A stretch of 64,000 nt of DNA from Anolis carolinensis. Lineage: Eukaryota. The stretch is from NCBI RefSeq assembly GCF_035594765.1, contig NC_085842.1:23040782-23104781 (forward strand), given 5' to 3'. The notes under the pieces are model-generated. The model was given only the letters and a program-made list of their open reading frames with translations, ran no database searches and was not told the DNA's origin. This document shows, piece by piece, positions 39,000-51,057 of the stretch. Both the position numbers and the translations under genes were made by a program. The first letter of the stretch is position 1, and each line of letters begins with the position of its first letter.

Positions 39000-40990
39000 T
39001 TCCCTCAATATACAGTGGAGGTGAAGAATAGATTTCAGGGACTAGATTTAATAAATAGAGTCTCAGAAGAACTATAGACAGAAGTCCACAACATTGTTCA
39101 GGAGGCAACAACAAAGTACGTCCCTAAGAAAAAGAAAACCAAGAAGGCAAGACGGTTGTCTGCTAAGACACTGGAAGTAGCCCAAGAAAGAAGGAAGGTG
39201 AAAGGAAACAGCGATAGGGGGAGACATGCCCAATCAAATGCATAATTCCAGAGGTTAGCCAGAAGAGACAAGGAACTATTTTTAAACAAGCAATGCATGG
39301 AAGTGGAAGAAGACAATAGAATAGGAAGGACAAGAGACCTCTTCCAGAAAATCAGAAACATTGGAGGCAAATTTCAGGGAAAAATGGGCATGATCAAAAA
39401 CAAAGATGGCAAGGACCTAGCAGAAGCTGAAGAGATCAAGAAAAGATGGCGAGAATATACAGAAGATCTGTATAGGAAGGATAATAATATAGAAGATAGC
39501 TTTGACGGTGTGGTGAGTGAATTAGAACCAGACATCCTGAGGAGTGAGGTTGAATGGGCCTTAAGAAGCACTGCTAACAACAAGGCAGCAGGAGACGATG
39601 GGATCCCAGCTGGGTTGTTTAAAAGGTGATGCTGTCAAGGTGACGCATGCCAGATGCTAGCAAATATGGAAAACACAAGATTGGCCATCAGATTGGAAAA
39701 AAATTCAATTTATATCCCCATACCAAAAAAGGGAAACGCTAAAGAATGCTCAAACTTCCGTACAGTGGCACTTATTTCCCATGCCAGTAAGGTAATGCTC
39801 AAGATCCTGCAAGGAAGACTCCAGCAATACATGGAGCGAGAGTTGCCAGATGTCCAAGCTGGGTTCAGAAAAGGCAGAGGAATGAGAGACCAAATTGCCA
39901 ATATCCGCTGGATAATGGAGGAAGCCAGGGAGTTTCAGAAAAACATCTACTTCTGCTTTATTGACTATTCTAAAGCCTTTGACTGTGTGGATCATAATAA
40001 AATATGGCATGTTCTTGGTGGTATGGGGATACCAAGTTACCTTGTCTGTCTCCTGAGAAATCTGTATAAAGACCAAGTGGCCACAGTAAGAACAGATCAC
40101 GGAACAACAGACTGGTTCAAGACTGGGAAAGGAGTGCGGCAGGGCTGCATACTTTCACCCTCCCTATTCAACTTGTACGCAGAACACATCAGGCGACGTG
40201 CGGGGCTTGAGGAATCCAAGGCCGGAGTTAAAATTGCTGGAAGAAACATTAACAACCTTAGATATGCAGATGATACCACTCTGGTGGCCGAAAATGAGGA
40301 AGAGCTGAGGAGCCTTATCACCAAGGTGAAAGAAGAAAGTGCAAAAGCGGGGTTGCAGTTAAACATTAAGAAAACCAAGATCATGGCAACCACACCTATT
40401 GATAACTGGCAAATAGAAGGAGAAAACATGGAGGCAGTGACAGACTTTATATTTCTAGGAGTGAAGATCATTGTAGATGCAGACTGCAGCCAGGAAATCA
40501 GAAGACGTCTACTTCTTGGGAGGAGAGCAATGGCCAACCTTGATACAATAGTGAAGAGCAGAGACATCACACTGGCCACGAAGATCCGCATATTCAAACC
40601 TATGGATGGGAGAGCTGGACCATAAGGAAGGCTGAGCAAAGGAAGATAGACGCTTTTGAACTCTGGTGCTGGAGGAAAATCCTGAGAGTGCCTTGGACCG
40701 CAAGAAAACCCAACCAGTCCATCCTTCAGGAAATAATGCCCGGCTGCTCACTGGAGGGAAGGATATTGGAGGCAAAGATGAGGTATTTTGAGAAGACAGT
40801 AAAGCTTGGAAAAGATCACGATGCTGGGGAAAATGGAAGGAAAAAGGAAGAGAGGCTGACCAAGGGCAAGATGGATGGATGGTATCTTTGAAGTGACTGG
40901 CTTGACCTTGAAGGAACTGGGGGTGGTGATGGCCGACAGGGAGCTCTGGCGTGGACTGGTCCATGCGGTCACGAAGAGTCGGAAACGAAC
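39000..40990 (+). mobile_element. BovB (RTE) LINE, 5'-truncated, relatively young
   Basis: 323-aa RT ORF 39654-40625 (ISHASKVMLKILQ, FIDYSKAFDCVDH, GVRQGCILSP, LRYADDTTL); frameshifts near 39625 and 40600; 3' end catgcggtcacgaagagtcggaaacga. Confidence 0.9.
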
Positions 40991-43900
40991 TTCCTGAAGG
41001 CAATAGCTCTTCTGTGATTGAATACGCTGAATTTCTCTAAACAGAGGCTAGATGGCCATCTGTCAGGGAGGATGCTTTGATTGTGTGTTCCTGAATGGCA
41101 GACTGAGGTTGGAGTAGCGAACCCTTTCCCCTGACATTAAGTCTAGGCGTTGGTGCTCCCTGCCAGAGATTTCAGCAACAGAATAAAAAAGATTCCTGCA
41201 CATTAGAAAGAACTTCCTGAAGGCAATATCTGTTCCGTGATTGAATACGCTGACTCTAAACATGTTGGAGTCTCCTTCTCTAAACAGAGGCTGGATGGCC
41301 ATCTCTCAGGGAGGATGCTTTGATGTGCAGAGTGAGGTGGGACGAGCGAACCCTTTCCTCCAGTTCCATATTTCCCCAGACCCTGATGTTTTCAGGGATC
41401 AGGGACGCATCTGCACTCTAGAATTAATGTTTTGAAAAATAACACAGTGAAATATAAAATAAATAAAAAGAAAATAGACAGCTTTGGATTAGCGAGGGAG
41501 AGTGGAAGGAGTGAAGGGGAAGAAAATCCCAGCTCTTGATGTGATCTTGCTGCCGTCATGCTGGGACAGATGGGTTTTCACTGCTAATAACTGGAGATGG
41601 AACAATCCCAGGGAGGAGGTATGACGGCAACAGGATGAACATGGCATCAGGCATTAGGGATGCAATAGCTTGCTTGCCTCATGCGATAACATTCATCATG
41701 TGCATCTCCAAAATAAAATGGAGCAGCACTGAAACAAAACCTGGGATTTTCAGATACTTTTTGTTTGTTTGCTTGAAGGGCCTTTTTATGAGTAAAGAAA
41801 ATTGTGGAAGCAGTATTAACCAAAGAACAGAGGGCTGCCAGTAGAGATCAACATTGTCCAAAGCTCCCATAAAATACAGTAAATGTGGTGTGGTTGGCGG
41901 CATGATCTTTGAAACTATTCAAAACCTTGAACAACAGAAGTGACCAAGGACTTTGTCTTCTTCTTCAGGATCAGATTTGGAATTTGCTGGAGACTCTGAA
42001 AAAGGAGAGAAAGAAAATTCTGGCCTACAAAGCAGACGCAGCGCGGGAAAGCCAGGATTTGCTCGTAAGTGACATTGCTACTGAAAAAGGAGAGTGTATG
42101 AGTGAATGTGAGTCTGAATAATAATAAACTGAATTCCATTTGTCAAAACTATCCCTCATTATAAGAGACCTGATAGCCTACAGAAAAATATTGACCCAAA
42201 CCCATTCCAGTGGCAGGCCCTTGCAGGTCTTCACAAAGCACTTTCACCACTGGATATTGACATTTTCTTTGTGAAGAGATGTAAGCCCCACTCAAGAAGA
42301 ACACAGATAATTGGGTTACTGTGAGTTTTCTGGCTGTATGGCCATGTTCCAGAAGCATGCTCTCCTGATGTTTTGCCCACATCTGCAGATAATTTGCTCC
42401 AAAGATCCTCTTTCTGCCTCTCACTCCTGTTTCCCTATCCGTTTTCTAATAGCCTACAGACAATATTGACCCATTCCAGGGGCAAGCTTTTGAGAGGATT
42501 CACAAAGCTCCTTCTCTTCTGGATACTGACGTTTTTATGTGAAGAGACACAAATCCCTTTCCAAGGGAATGTGGGGAATCCACTTCAAAAACTGACTTTC
42601 AGTCTTTTCTTTTATTCTAGGAGAAAACCCAAAGAGAGAAAGATAGGACTGTGGCTGCCTTCAGACGCATGCACCAGTTTCTAGAAGAACAAGAGAAGAT
42701 TTTGCTGGCAAAAATGGAAGAGGTGGAGAAGGAGATTTCAGCCAAAGGATAGGAACATCTGGCCAGACTCTCCAAAGAACTCTCCTCTCTCTCGAAACTC
42801 ATCCAAGAGATGGAGGAGAAGCTTCAGCAGCCGGCAAGTGAACTCCTCCAGGTAAGGCCCAGATTGTCCCCATGGGGGGCTGAGACAGGCAGTCTGGATG
42901 TTATACAAAGTCTGGCTGTAGAATTTATTTTAATCAATAGGTTGCTGTGAGTTGTATGGCCATGTTCCAGCAGCATTCTCTCCTGACATTTCTCCTGCAT
43001 CTGTGCCGATCGGCAAGATCAGTACTTTATGGGGGAAGTTTTAACACTTCAAAACAAAGTTTTTGCAGAGTGTTGACAGCAGTGTGCAGGCATGCATTGT
43101 CATGCAACAACTCAACGCCCTTGGATAGCAGTCCTTTTCATTTTGTCTGAATTTTAGGCTTCAGCTCCTCAGTGTAGTGAGTACCCAAAGAGACATGATA
43201 TAAAATGTGCTTGGGAAACTGAACATCCAGGAAGCCCTAACGCCTTAATCTCCTTTTGTGATTTTGTGGAAACCCGTGAAGCCAAGATTTAGCTGTGACT
43301 ATTGGCCTTTCCCTCATCTCCTGAGCCACACCCTCTCAGCCTCAAGAGAAATGCAAATAAAAAGATACAGTTCCTGGCTCTGGAATGCCCCCGTGAGGGA
43401 AATTAGGCTAGCCCCCACTCTCCAATGTTTTTAGTCTAATCTAAAAACTTGGCTCTCTAATTAAGCTTTCCAATAGGTATAGAGCCCAAAAGTTTAAATT
43501 GTAGACCCATTGGTTTTCACTGAAAGAACTTTATATGACTGGTTGGTCCTTATTCATTTTATTTCTATAATTACCGTAATGTTTTATCGATGTCTGTTTT
43601 AGGATTGATTGATTTTATTGTGGTATTGTTTTATGTATTGATGATGTAAATTATGTTTTCCTTTGATATTGATGTATCTGTATTTATTGCATTGTATGCG
43701 TTATTCCATTACGAGTGTTTTTTAAGCCCTTTTGGAAGATGGTGGCAGGGTAGAAATAAATTATTATTATTATTATTAACCCACTTGCCCCAAGAAACAC
43801 CAACATATTAATAGATATAGATATATGGATTCATACATTTCCTTAATAAACAAAGCAGACTCGGCTCTTTCTCTCTTTCCTTGTTTCCTAACTTTTTCAC

Positions 43901-44280
43901 TCTTGCAAAACATTGCACAGTCGAACTGCCAGCTCCAATATGTTACCATTCTGTTTCTATATCTCAGAATGTGGTCAAGTCTCCTTCTCTGGAGGTTTTT
44001 AAATAAAAGCTGGATGGCTGACTGGTGGGAGTGCTTTGATTGTACATTCTAGCATTGCATCTGGTTGGACTGAAGAGATCCAGATTCCTATTATATTGGT
44101 AGTTGCATTTGATCAGTGTTTTGATGGCTCAGCCAAAAAAGCTGCTTGCAAAATAGTGCCAGTGGTTACATAGATCTACCCATCTCCTCAGTTTGTGGAG
44201 GGAGAGCTGCTTCACCCTCCTGAGTTTGCTTCGTTGATTTCATTAGTGTTGTAGTTGGGCCAAGGGGCAGTAATGGTTCT

Positions 44281-44817
44281 ATGGGTGAAACAGCTAGAAG
44301 GAGAAAAAGGGCTAATAGAGAGCAGGTACTTGATGAAGAACAACAAGTAAAGCGGTTCCAGGAAATGCTTATGGCTCCTTCAGAGAATGAGACGTTTTAT
44401 GGGTTTTCTAGTGATGAGGAGTCCATGCTAGATGATGATTTTGCAGAGAGTAGAGGAACTAAAAGGTCTACTCGAGAGCAGGAGTCAGATGAGGAAAGAG
44501 AAAGGAAAAAGATCTGGGATATACTCACTGCTCCCACGAATGAGGAGACTTTTGAGGGATTCTCCGGGAATGATGGGTCTGGGAGTGAGATGGAGAATGC
44601 TGACTGGACTCAAGTTAATGTGGATGATGAGCCAGCCCATGGGGCTGCATCAGGGGATTGGCAAGCCTCTCATACTTCTGGGACATGGGGAGATCTAAGT
44701 CTTGAACAGAGATGGAGGGGCTGGAGGGATGGGAGGCAAGGTCCACTAACAAGATCAAGATCAGCTGTGATTGATGAGGAAAGGGCGGAGGTCTCATCAG
44801 CATCGGACTCCGACTAG
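44281..44817 (+). CDS. LTR-encoded acidic 178-aa ORF with two tandem FxGF (IBM/TIM-like) repeats
   Basis: Open from 44248. Repeats KRANREQVLDEEQQVKRFQEMLMAPSENETFYGFS and KRSTREQESDEERERKKIWDILTAPTNEETFEGFS are conserved at the protein level while the DNA has diverged. Confidence 0.6.
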   Translation: MGETARRRKRANREQVLDEEQQVKRFQEMLMAPSENETFYGFSSDEESMLDDDFAESRGTKRSTREQESDEERERKKIWDILTAPTNEETFEGFSGNDGSGSEMENADWTQVNVDDEPAHGAASGDWQASHTSGTWGDLSLEQRWRGWRDGRQGPLTRSRSAVIDEERAEVSSASDSD

Positions 44818-45022
44818 TAAGTTAAAAGTAGAGTTTGGAAAACTATTGCCTTGCAGAAGGCAAGGTATCGTTTTGGGGACATTGCTTTGTTGCTGCCTGT
44901 TCTCCTTGGGTCCTGGCTGTGCAGCTTCCTGATAATCCGGTTTGAGTCCTGCTTCAGTGTTCCTGGCTTCTGACTCCAGCTCTTGACAACAACGTTCCAG
45001 TTCGACGTTTCCAGTTCAGCGT

Positions 45023-45885
45023 TGTCACGCTCAAGGCAGCGGAGCACCAAGAACCATACACGGAGGCCAATAAACTATCTAATATCTTTATTAAGGAAAT
45101 ATATAAGAATAATAAAAACAAGTAGAAAATATAGTCCAGAGTCAGACCTATCAAAGGAGGTCAAATGTAGTCCAGAAATAGTTTGTCCAATAAATGATAT
45201 TAGAGTCCAAAGATAAAATCCAATAAACCGAAACACACACTATTGCCAAGCAATAGTGTGGGGAATTGTCCAGAGTCTTTCAAGGTCCAAGGTAAATTCA
45301 CAAGAAGGCAGGAATCAAAGCTTGAAACTGAGAACAAGGTCCGTGGCTAGGAACGAGGCAAGGCAAATCTTGAATACTTGAATAAACAAGGCAAGGAAAC
45401 TGGATTGCGGACTTAGCGAAGTCCACACAAGGCTGGAAACACGAACTCACTCCTGAAGCTGCTCTGTTGTCTCCGCACGGAGCCAACCGTGTCAGGCACC
45501 TTTAACTGGGTCTCGTTTTCCCGCCAAACAGGTGTCCAGCGTTCTCTTTCCCTAGAGAACAGGGAACGAACCCCAACTTTCCAGATGTGAGACTCCCTGG
45601 ATTTCCCAGGGGAAACATGGCTAATCAGCGTCTTGTTTGCCTGCAATTCTGACACTCCTGCGAATTCGCTCTTTCACTCCCCTGTCAGCAGCAAAGGATT
45701 GTCTCCTAGCGAAGGGAGGTGAGAGCTGTTCAAGGTCGGTTTTAATTGGTTCTTGGGCAAGAACATCAACATCAGGCATCTGGAAGGATTCCGGCTGTTG
45801 TTGATCCGGAGAAAACCCCATGTTTTCATCCTCATCTGCCACAGTGACACTAGGAGCGGGACTACAAGGCCCATGAGGCATCACA
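45023..45885 (-). mobile_element. Solo LTR C (863 bp, Gypsy-like) nested inside element B
   Basis: TGTGATGCC...GCGTGACA on the minus strand, TSD AGCGT (45018-45022 / 45886-45890), AATAAA near the 3' end; ORF 45884-45621 ending RRSVRIAGKQDAD. Confidence 0.9.
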
Positions 45886-48189
45886 AGCGTTTGCCTTGGC
45901 GTTTCTGATCCATTGTTTCCAGTTCGGTGTTTGCTTTGGCATTTCTGCTCTAGCATTTCCACTTCGGCGTTTGCCTTGGCGTTTCTGCTTCAGCGCTTCC
46001 AGATTGGCGTTTGCCTTGGCATTTCTGCTCCAGCGTTTCCAGTTCGGCATTAGCTTTGGCGTCCCTGCTTTGGTGTCCCTGCTTTGGCGTCCCTGCTTTG
46101 GCGCTCTTACTTTGGCTTTCCTGGCTTCTGAACCCGGTCTGGCTCCTGACCTTCGTCTGTGCTTGCTCCTGGCTTGGCGTCTCCGTTTTTCTCCCTTTGG
46201 TCTTTGGAACTCGGCCTGGCTTCGACTACGATTCTGCTTGCTGCCTTTCGGAGCATTTTGCTCTTTTCCAGCCCTTTGCACCACAGCATTGAGTGGCGTC
46301 GGTTCTGGTAATGTTTCTGTTACATTTGCTGTGGATTATCAAGCCAGATAATCCGGATTATTCTTTTGTTCTTGCTTTTGACTCCTTTTGAACTAAGACG
46401 TTTACTTTTGAAGAGAAACACTGCATTTAAGTGTTTCTGAGTTTAAAATATCTTTTAATAAATATTTAAGAACTTTCCTTTATGTGTGTGGCTTTTTAAG
46501 AGGCGGCTGTGTCACGACAATTAGTAATTGGATACCCTGTTTTTTCAGATATATGAGAGTGGTCTCCATGCAAATGCCTCTGCTGAGTTCTTTCTTTCCT
46601 TCATTTACAGGATATCAGAAGCTTCTTACAGGGGTAAGTTAATTTCATCTCCTCCTCCCACTAAAACTCAAATTTCCACATGAAGTACATGACCCTCAAA
46701 AGCAAAAGCGTGCTGCAGGAGTCTGTGTTTGGCTGGGGTTCACAGGAAGAATTGGACTTGATGATCAATGAGACCCCTTCAGCTCTATGATTCTGTGGAG
46801 CATTTACACTCTAGAATTAATGCCATTTGACAACAACTTTGATTTGTTACCCACCTCTCTTCATGATTCGAGGCAGTACACAATCCAGCCAAAGCACACC
46901 ACCATGAATAAATGCCATAAAATGTGTATATTAAAACACACCATCACAAAACAATATATATTGAAATACACAATGCAAGGATTAAAATGCAGTAGCAATG
47001 GAATATAAATTGAAAGTCCATTCATTCTACAATGAAGATGCATCATCTGATATTTTTATTTCTCCTCCAGGCATAAGAATAAGGAGAAATCCAAGACTTC
47101 TGCAGCCTTTCCTCCTGCCCTGAAGTGGAAGATCTGGGACGTCTGTGATATCAATCCATTTTTGGAGGCCGTCATGAAGCAATTTAGAGGTAAGGGAGAT
47201 TGTCTGCAAGGAATTTCAGTGAGACTTGACCTTGGTCTGGAAAGGGTAACATTCCATGGCATTTCAAAAATTAGGGCCACAGAACAGCAAATTGGAGTGC
47301 TAATGTTTCCTTTCAAATGTGAAACAAAATTGTATCAATTTGCTCAATTGTTTTTTTTTCTTTTCCATTTTATTTCTAGTGAGGAATAACATTTCAGAGT
47401 GAAGCAAAATAAAATGAAAATGTCGAGGGCCCTGATCAGCCTTACTCTGGTCCATGTAACCTGCAAATGTGGAGGACTAGTGGTAGTCTGAACAAACTGT
47501 GTGGCTTGAGTTCTAATATACACATTTTATCCTATTTATTCATGGTGGTGTGCTTTGGCTGGATTGTGTCCTGCTTCGAGCCATGAGGCCAAGAGTTGGG
47601 CCTAGATTTTGATTCAAAGGTGATTATGATCATTGCACAGCCAGCCCTCCACATTCGCAGGGGTTAAGAATGTGGGATCTCAGGGGAAAAAGGGAGCGGG
47701 AATGTGGAGGACTCAGAGATTCCTAGAGAGAACATGTTAATCAATGAGACATAACTCTCTGCTGGTGGCCACACAACGTCTCTTGGGTACAGGATCTCAG
47801 CTTCCCTGTGTTGTTTTCTCCTCATTTTCTGAGAGTCACCATGTTGTGCTAAGACTCACTCTCACCTTTCTCTCTCCAGCCTCTCTGGAATCTGGACTTC
47901 AGCAGCAAAAAGGTAAATAAATGAACACAGACAACAGTAAAAAAGCATTTTATTTCTATTGACTGTGAATGAGTTGATTGGAAACTAGAATGCCTTAATA
48001 CGATAATATCAAATCAGACATCCAGATCTTTTTCCCCAAACGAATGAGAACTATGTTATGCAACACAGGTTAAGAGAAAATAGCTTTAAACTGGAAGTTC
48101 TTCTTTGAGATTGTATGAAGTCTGATTTCTGGCTTCTCGGAGTTGTGATTAAATAGGTAGATTTTTAAAGCTCTGATCATTGGCATGTA

Positions 48190-48512
48190 CAGTAGAGTCT
48201 CACTTATCCAACACTCGCTTATCCAACGTTCTGGATTATCCAATGCATTTTTGTGGTCAATGTTTTCAATACATCATGAAATGTTGGTGCTAAATTCGTA
48301 AATACAGTAATTACTACATAGCATTACTGCATATTGAATTACTTTTTCTGCCAAATTTGTTGTATAACATGATGTTTTGGTGCTTAATTTGTAAAATCAT
48401 AACCTAATTTGATATTTAATAGGCTTTTCCTTAATCCCTCCTTATTATCCAACATATTCGCTTATCCAACGTTCTGCTGGGCCGTTTATGTTGGATAAGT
48501 GAGACTCTACTG
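48190..48512. mobile_element. Tc1/mariner-superfamily MITE
   Basis: Same TIRs, TA TSD; empty site tggcatgtat in paralogs. Confidence 0.9.
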
Positions 48513-50704
48513 TATCTGGATTCTGTATAGAATCCCCAAAAGAGTGTCAAAACAACCTGAACACTGACTATTTATGGCTCCTTGCTTCAAGCCTACTTTA
48601 GTGGCACACATTATGCATTCCTTAAAAAAGAATTGGTCTCCAACTCAATATGAAATATGTGGGACATTAATTTTGTTATAAAACCAGATGATTAGTCTGC
48701 CTTCAAATTCTTTCTGACTTGGCAAACCAAGACGATCCTATCACAGGGTTTTCTGGGGCTGAAAGTGTGTCATTGGCACAAGTTTACCCAGTGGGTTTCC
48801 ATCACTGAGGGGGAATTGAACCCTGGTCTCCATCGTCATAGTCCCACCAACCCATGCTCAGGTGTTGCTTGTAAGTAGCATAATGTAGAATCATCTAGAT
48901 TTGAGATGGAGAGGGAATATTTCTTTGTTACTTTTTAGAATCAGATAGAAGCTGATCTTCTATCAGTTTACACTTTTATTCATTCATTCATTCATTCATT
49001 CTCTCTTCACCCTTCATTTGTTTCCATCACCAACAGCACATGTGACTCTAGATCCAAGCACAGCCCATCCTCAACTCATCTGCTCTGAAGATCTCAGACG
49101 TGTGACCTTTGGAGAGAAAGAGCAAGATCTTCCTGACAATCCTGAGAGATTCAACGAGTATTTTTTCGTGTTGGGTCAGGAGGGATTCAATGGAGGCAGG
49201 CATTTCTGGGAAGTCCTTCTGGGGAGTGAGGGAGAATGGTCTGTGGGAGTTGCCAGAAAGTCTGTGCAGAGAAAGGGCTGCATTCCCTATGTCCCTCATG
49301 CTGGGATCTGGCAAGTGGAAAAGTGTTGGAGTGAATACTGGTTCTTCTCCAACAACGGTGTGGCCTCCCCTCTGAATCTGAGCAAGGAATCGAAGAGGGT
49401 CCGTGTGACACTGAACTACGAAGGGGGTCGGGTGGCCTTTTACGATGCAGACTCGGCAGCCCTGATGTATGAATACCCTCCAGCCTCTTTCTCAGGAGAG
49501 ACCCTCCTCCCGTTCTTTTCTATGTTCTCAGAAGGCCACCTGGAACTCTCTCCGTAAGGATGGAGAGCAATGTCCAAAGACTCACACCATCTGAGACACA
49601 AGAGGAGCTTTATCTCTGGAGATCTGGAGCTGTGGATTCTTTTTGTTCTCTTTGTGAAACCTCTCTGCTCTCTCTTTACACCTTTGTGAAAACCTGGTTT
49701 GGAGGCTGGAGTGTGAATGAAGAAGCCATTCCTCATGGCAGTGCTCAGTGCATGGATCAACTGGGGATTTCTTCCATTTGGAAAGCCTAGCTACAACAAC
49801 AACAACAAAGAGGGAATAAAAGATGCAAATTGATTTTTAGTCAAGAATTCCATTTATTGGAATTTAGTAGTAAGTGGACAGCCTATCTATTTGCCCCTCC
49901 CTTTCCTGGCCTTTCCCAGAGATGTAGGCAGGCCTTGGCTGTGTAGTTAAAGTTAAACAAAACGGGTGATAAAATGCATCCATGCTTCACCCTCTTGCCA
50001 AATTGAAACAATTCCTTTTCTCTGTCTTCGTCCTTCGGCCCTTTGTCCTGAGTAAAAATTACACATTAGGAAAATCCAATGCCGTGTTGCAACCATTTTT
50101 TATGTACAATCCATAGCTTTTCGTGATCTGTACAATCAAGGGCTAAATGATAAAGCACAGATTGATTTTCCTTGATATGTTTCTGCACTCCATTATCCAA
50201 AGTATGTTTCAGTATGATTCCTTGTGTCTCCTTGTTTTCTGAACGCAGCACGGACATCTTGCATTTTTATTCTGTAGAAAGTAAAATACTTGTTTTGGTA
50301 ACATTTGAGTATCACTTGTTTCATCAAGGAATGGTTCTATTTGTCCAAAATCTTGGGTCTCCCAGTGTGCCTGAGCCCACTGAAAACATGCAAGGATGAA
50401 GGCAAGATCAGAAATGGTTTTATGCAGCAGTGGTCAACGTGGATACTACAGGACACAGCGTAATCCCACATCTGACGTGCCTCCCAGTCACAAGTGTGGG
50501 TATTACAAAGTGGTCATTACAAAGAGTGGGCATGTGCTGTGATTCGTGCAGATTACGATCCTTAATCTCATTGGTCCAAAAGTCCATTCATTTATGGTTT
50601 GTAATTGGTGCATAGTGTAGAATAAACTGGCATTGGTTAAACTTGAAGCTGTGGGTTTGAGAATGGAGTGCCGTTTGGGTCTTGGGACAATGGGTGTTGG
50701 AGTG

Positions 50705-51057
50705 TGTGATGTCTCAGGGACCTTTGGCCCATGACCCCGCAGCCATCATAGATCAAACTGAAGAGGATTTGGGCTTTTTCCCATCTCAGCAAGATTCTGT
50801 GCCATTCCAGATGTCCCCTGTTGACATTTTCGTGCCAGAGCCAATTAGGGACGCCCTTGAAACAGAGCCTGGTTCCCTGGAAAGTTTGGTGTTTGATAGG
50901 AAGGCTTTTCTCAAAACACATCGCTCCCATAAGTAGTTTCTAAGGCGAAGCGCGAGATTAGCGGAGAGAGACGATTGTGACTAAACCGTTTCCCTTGGGA
51001 AGTTTCGGGGAGGCAGGCATCTGATACGATGTTGAAACAGCTTCGTTCTCTGGGAAG
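50705..51057 (+). mobile_element. Truncated LTR D, related to C and E
   Basis: Starts TGTGATGTCTCAGGG; ORF 50706-50984 with one internal TAG, ending FLRRSARLAERDDCD; cut off by a Penelope-like insertion. Confidence 0.7.

Larger units (their letters stand above)
44247..46519 (+). mobile_element. Large solo-LTR-like element B (about 1.4 kb without the nested insert) in intron 3 of copy 3
   Basis: TGTTGTAG...CACGACA termini, 5-bp TSD ATTAG (44242-44246 / 46520-46524), AATAAA at 46457, internal tandem repeats; absent in paralogs. Confidence 0.85.
37890..49557 (+). pseudogene. TRIM copy 3 with a nonsense codon in the coiled-coil exon (211 aa if translated)
   Basis: Exons 37890-38297, 41969-42064, 42621-42851, 46611-46633, 47071-47189, 47880-47912, 49037-49557, all splice sites canonical. 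In-frame TAG at 42750-42752 where paralogs have GAG. All other exons are open. Confidence 0.82.

Noticed and set aside
45886-46105. Regularly spaced repeats resembling a CRISPR array
   Set aside because: Eukaryotic LTR-internal tandem repeats with no unique spacers and no cas genes.
44814-46284. About 200-codon basic antisense ORF in LTR B, reconstructed by removing nested LTR C, whose stop overlaps the acidic ORF stop at CTAG
   Set aside because: No ATG start, it is built from tandem repeats, and the A-poor plus strand makes minus-strand stops rare, so openness is expected by composition.
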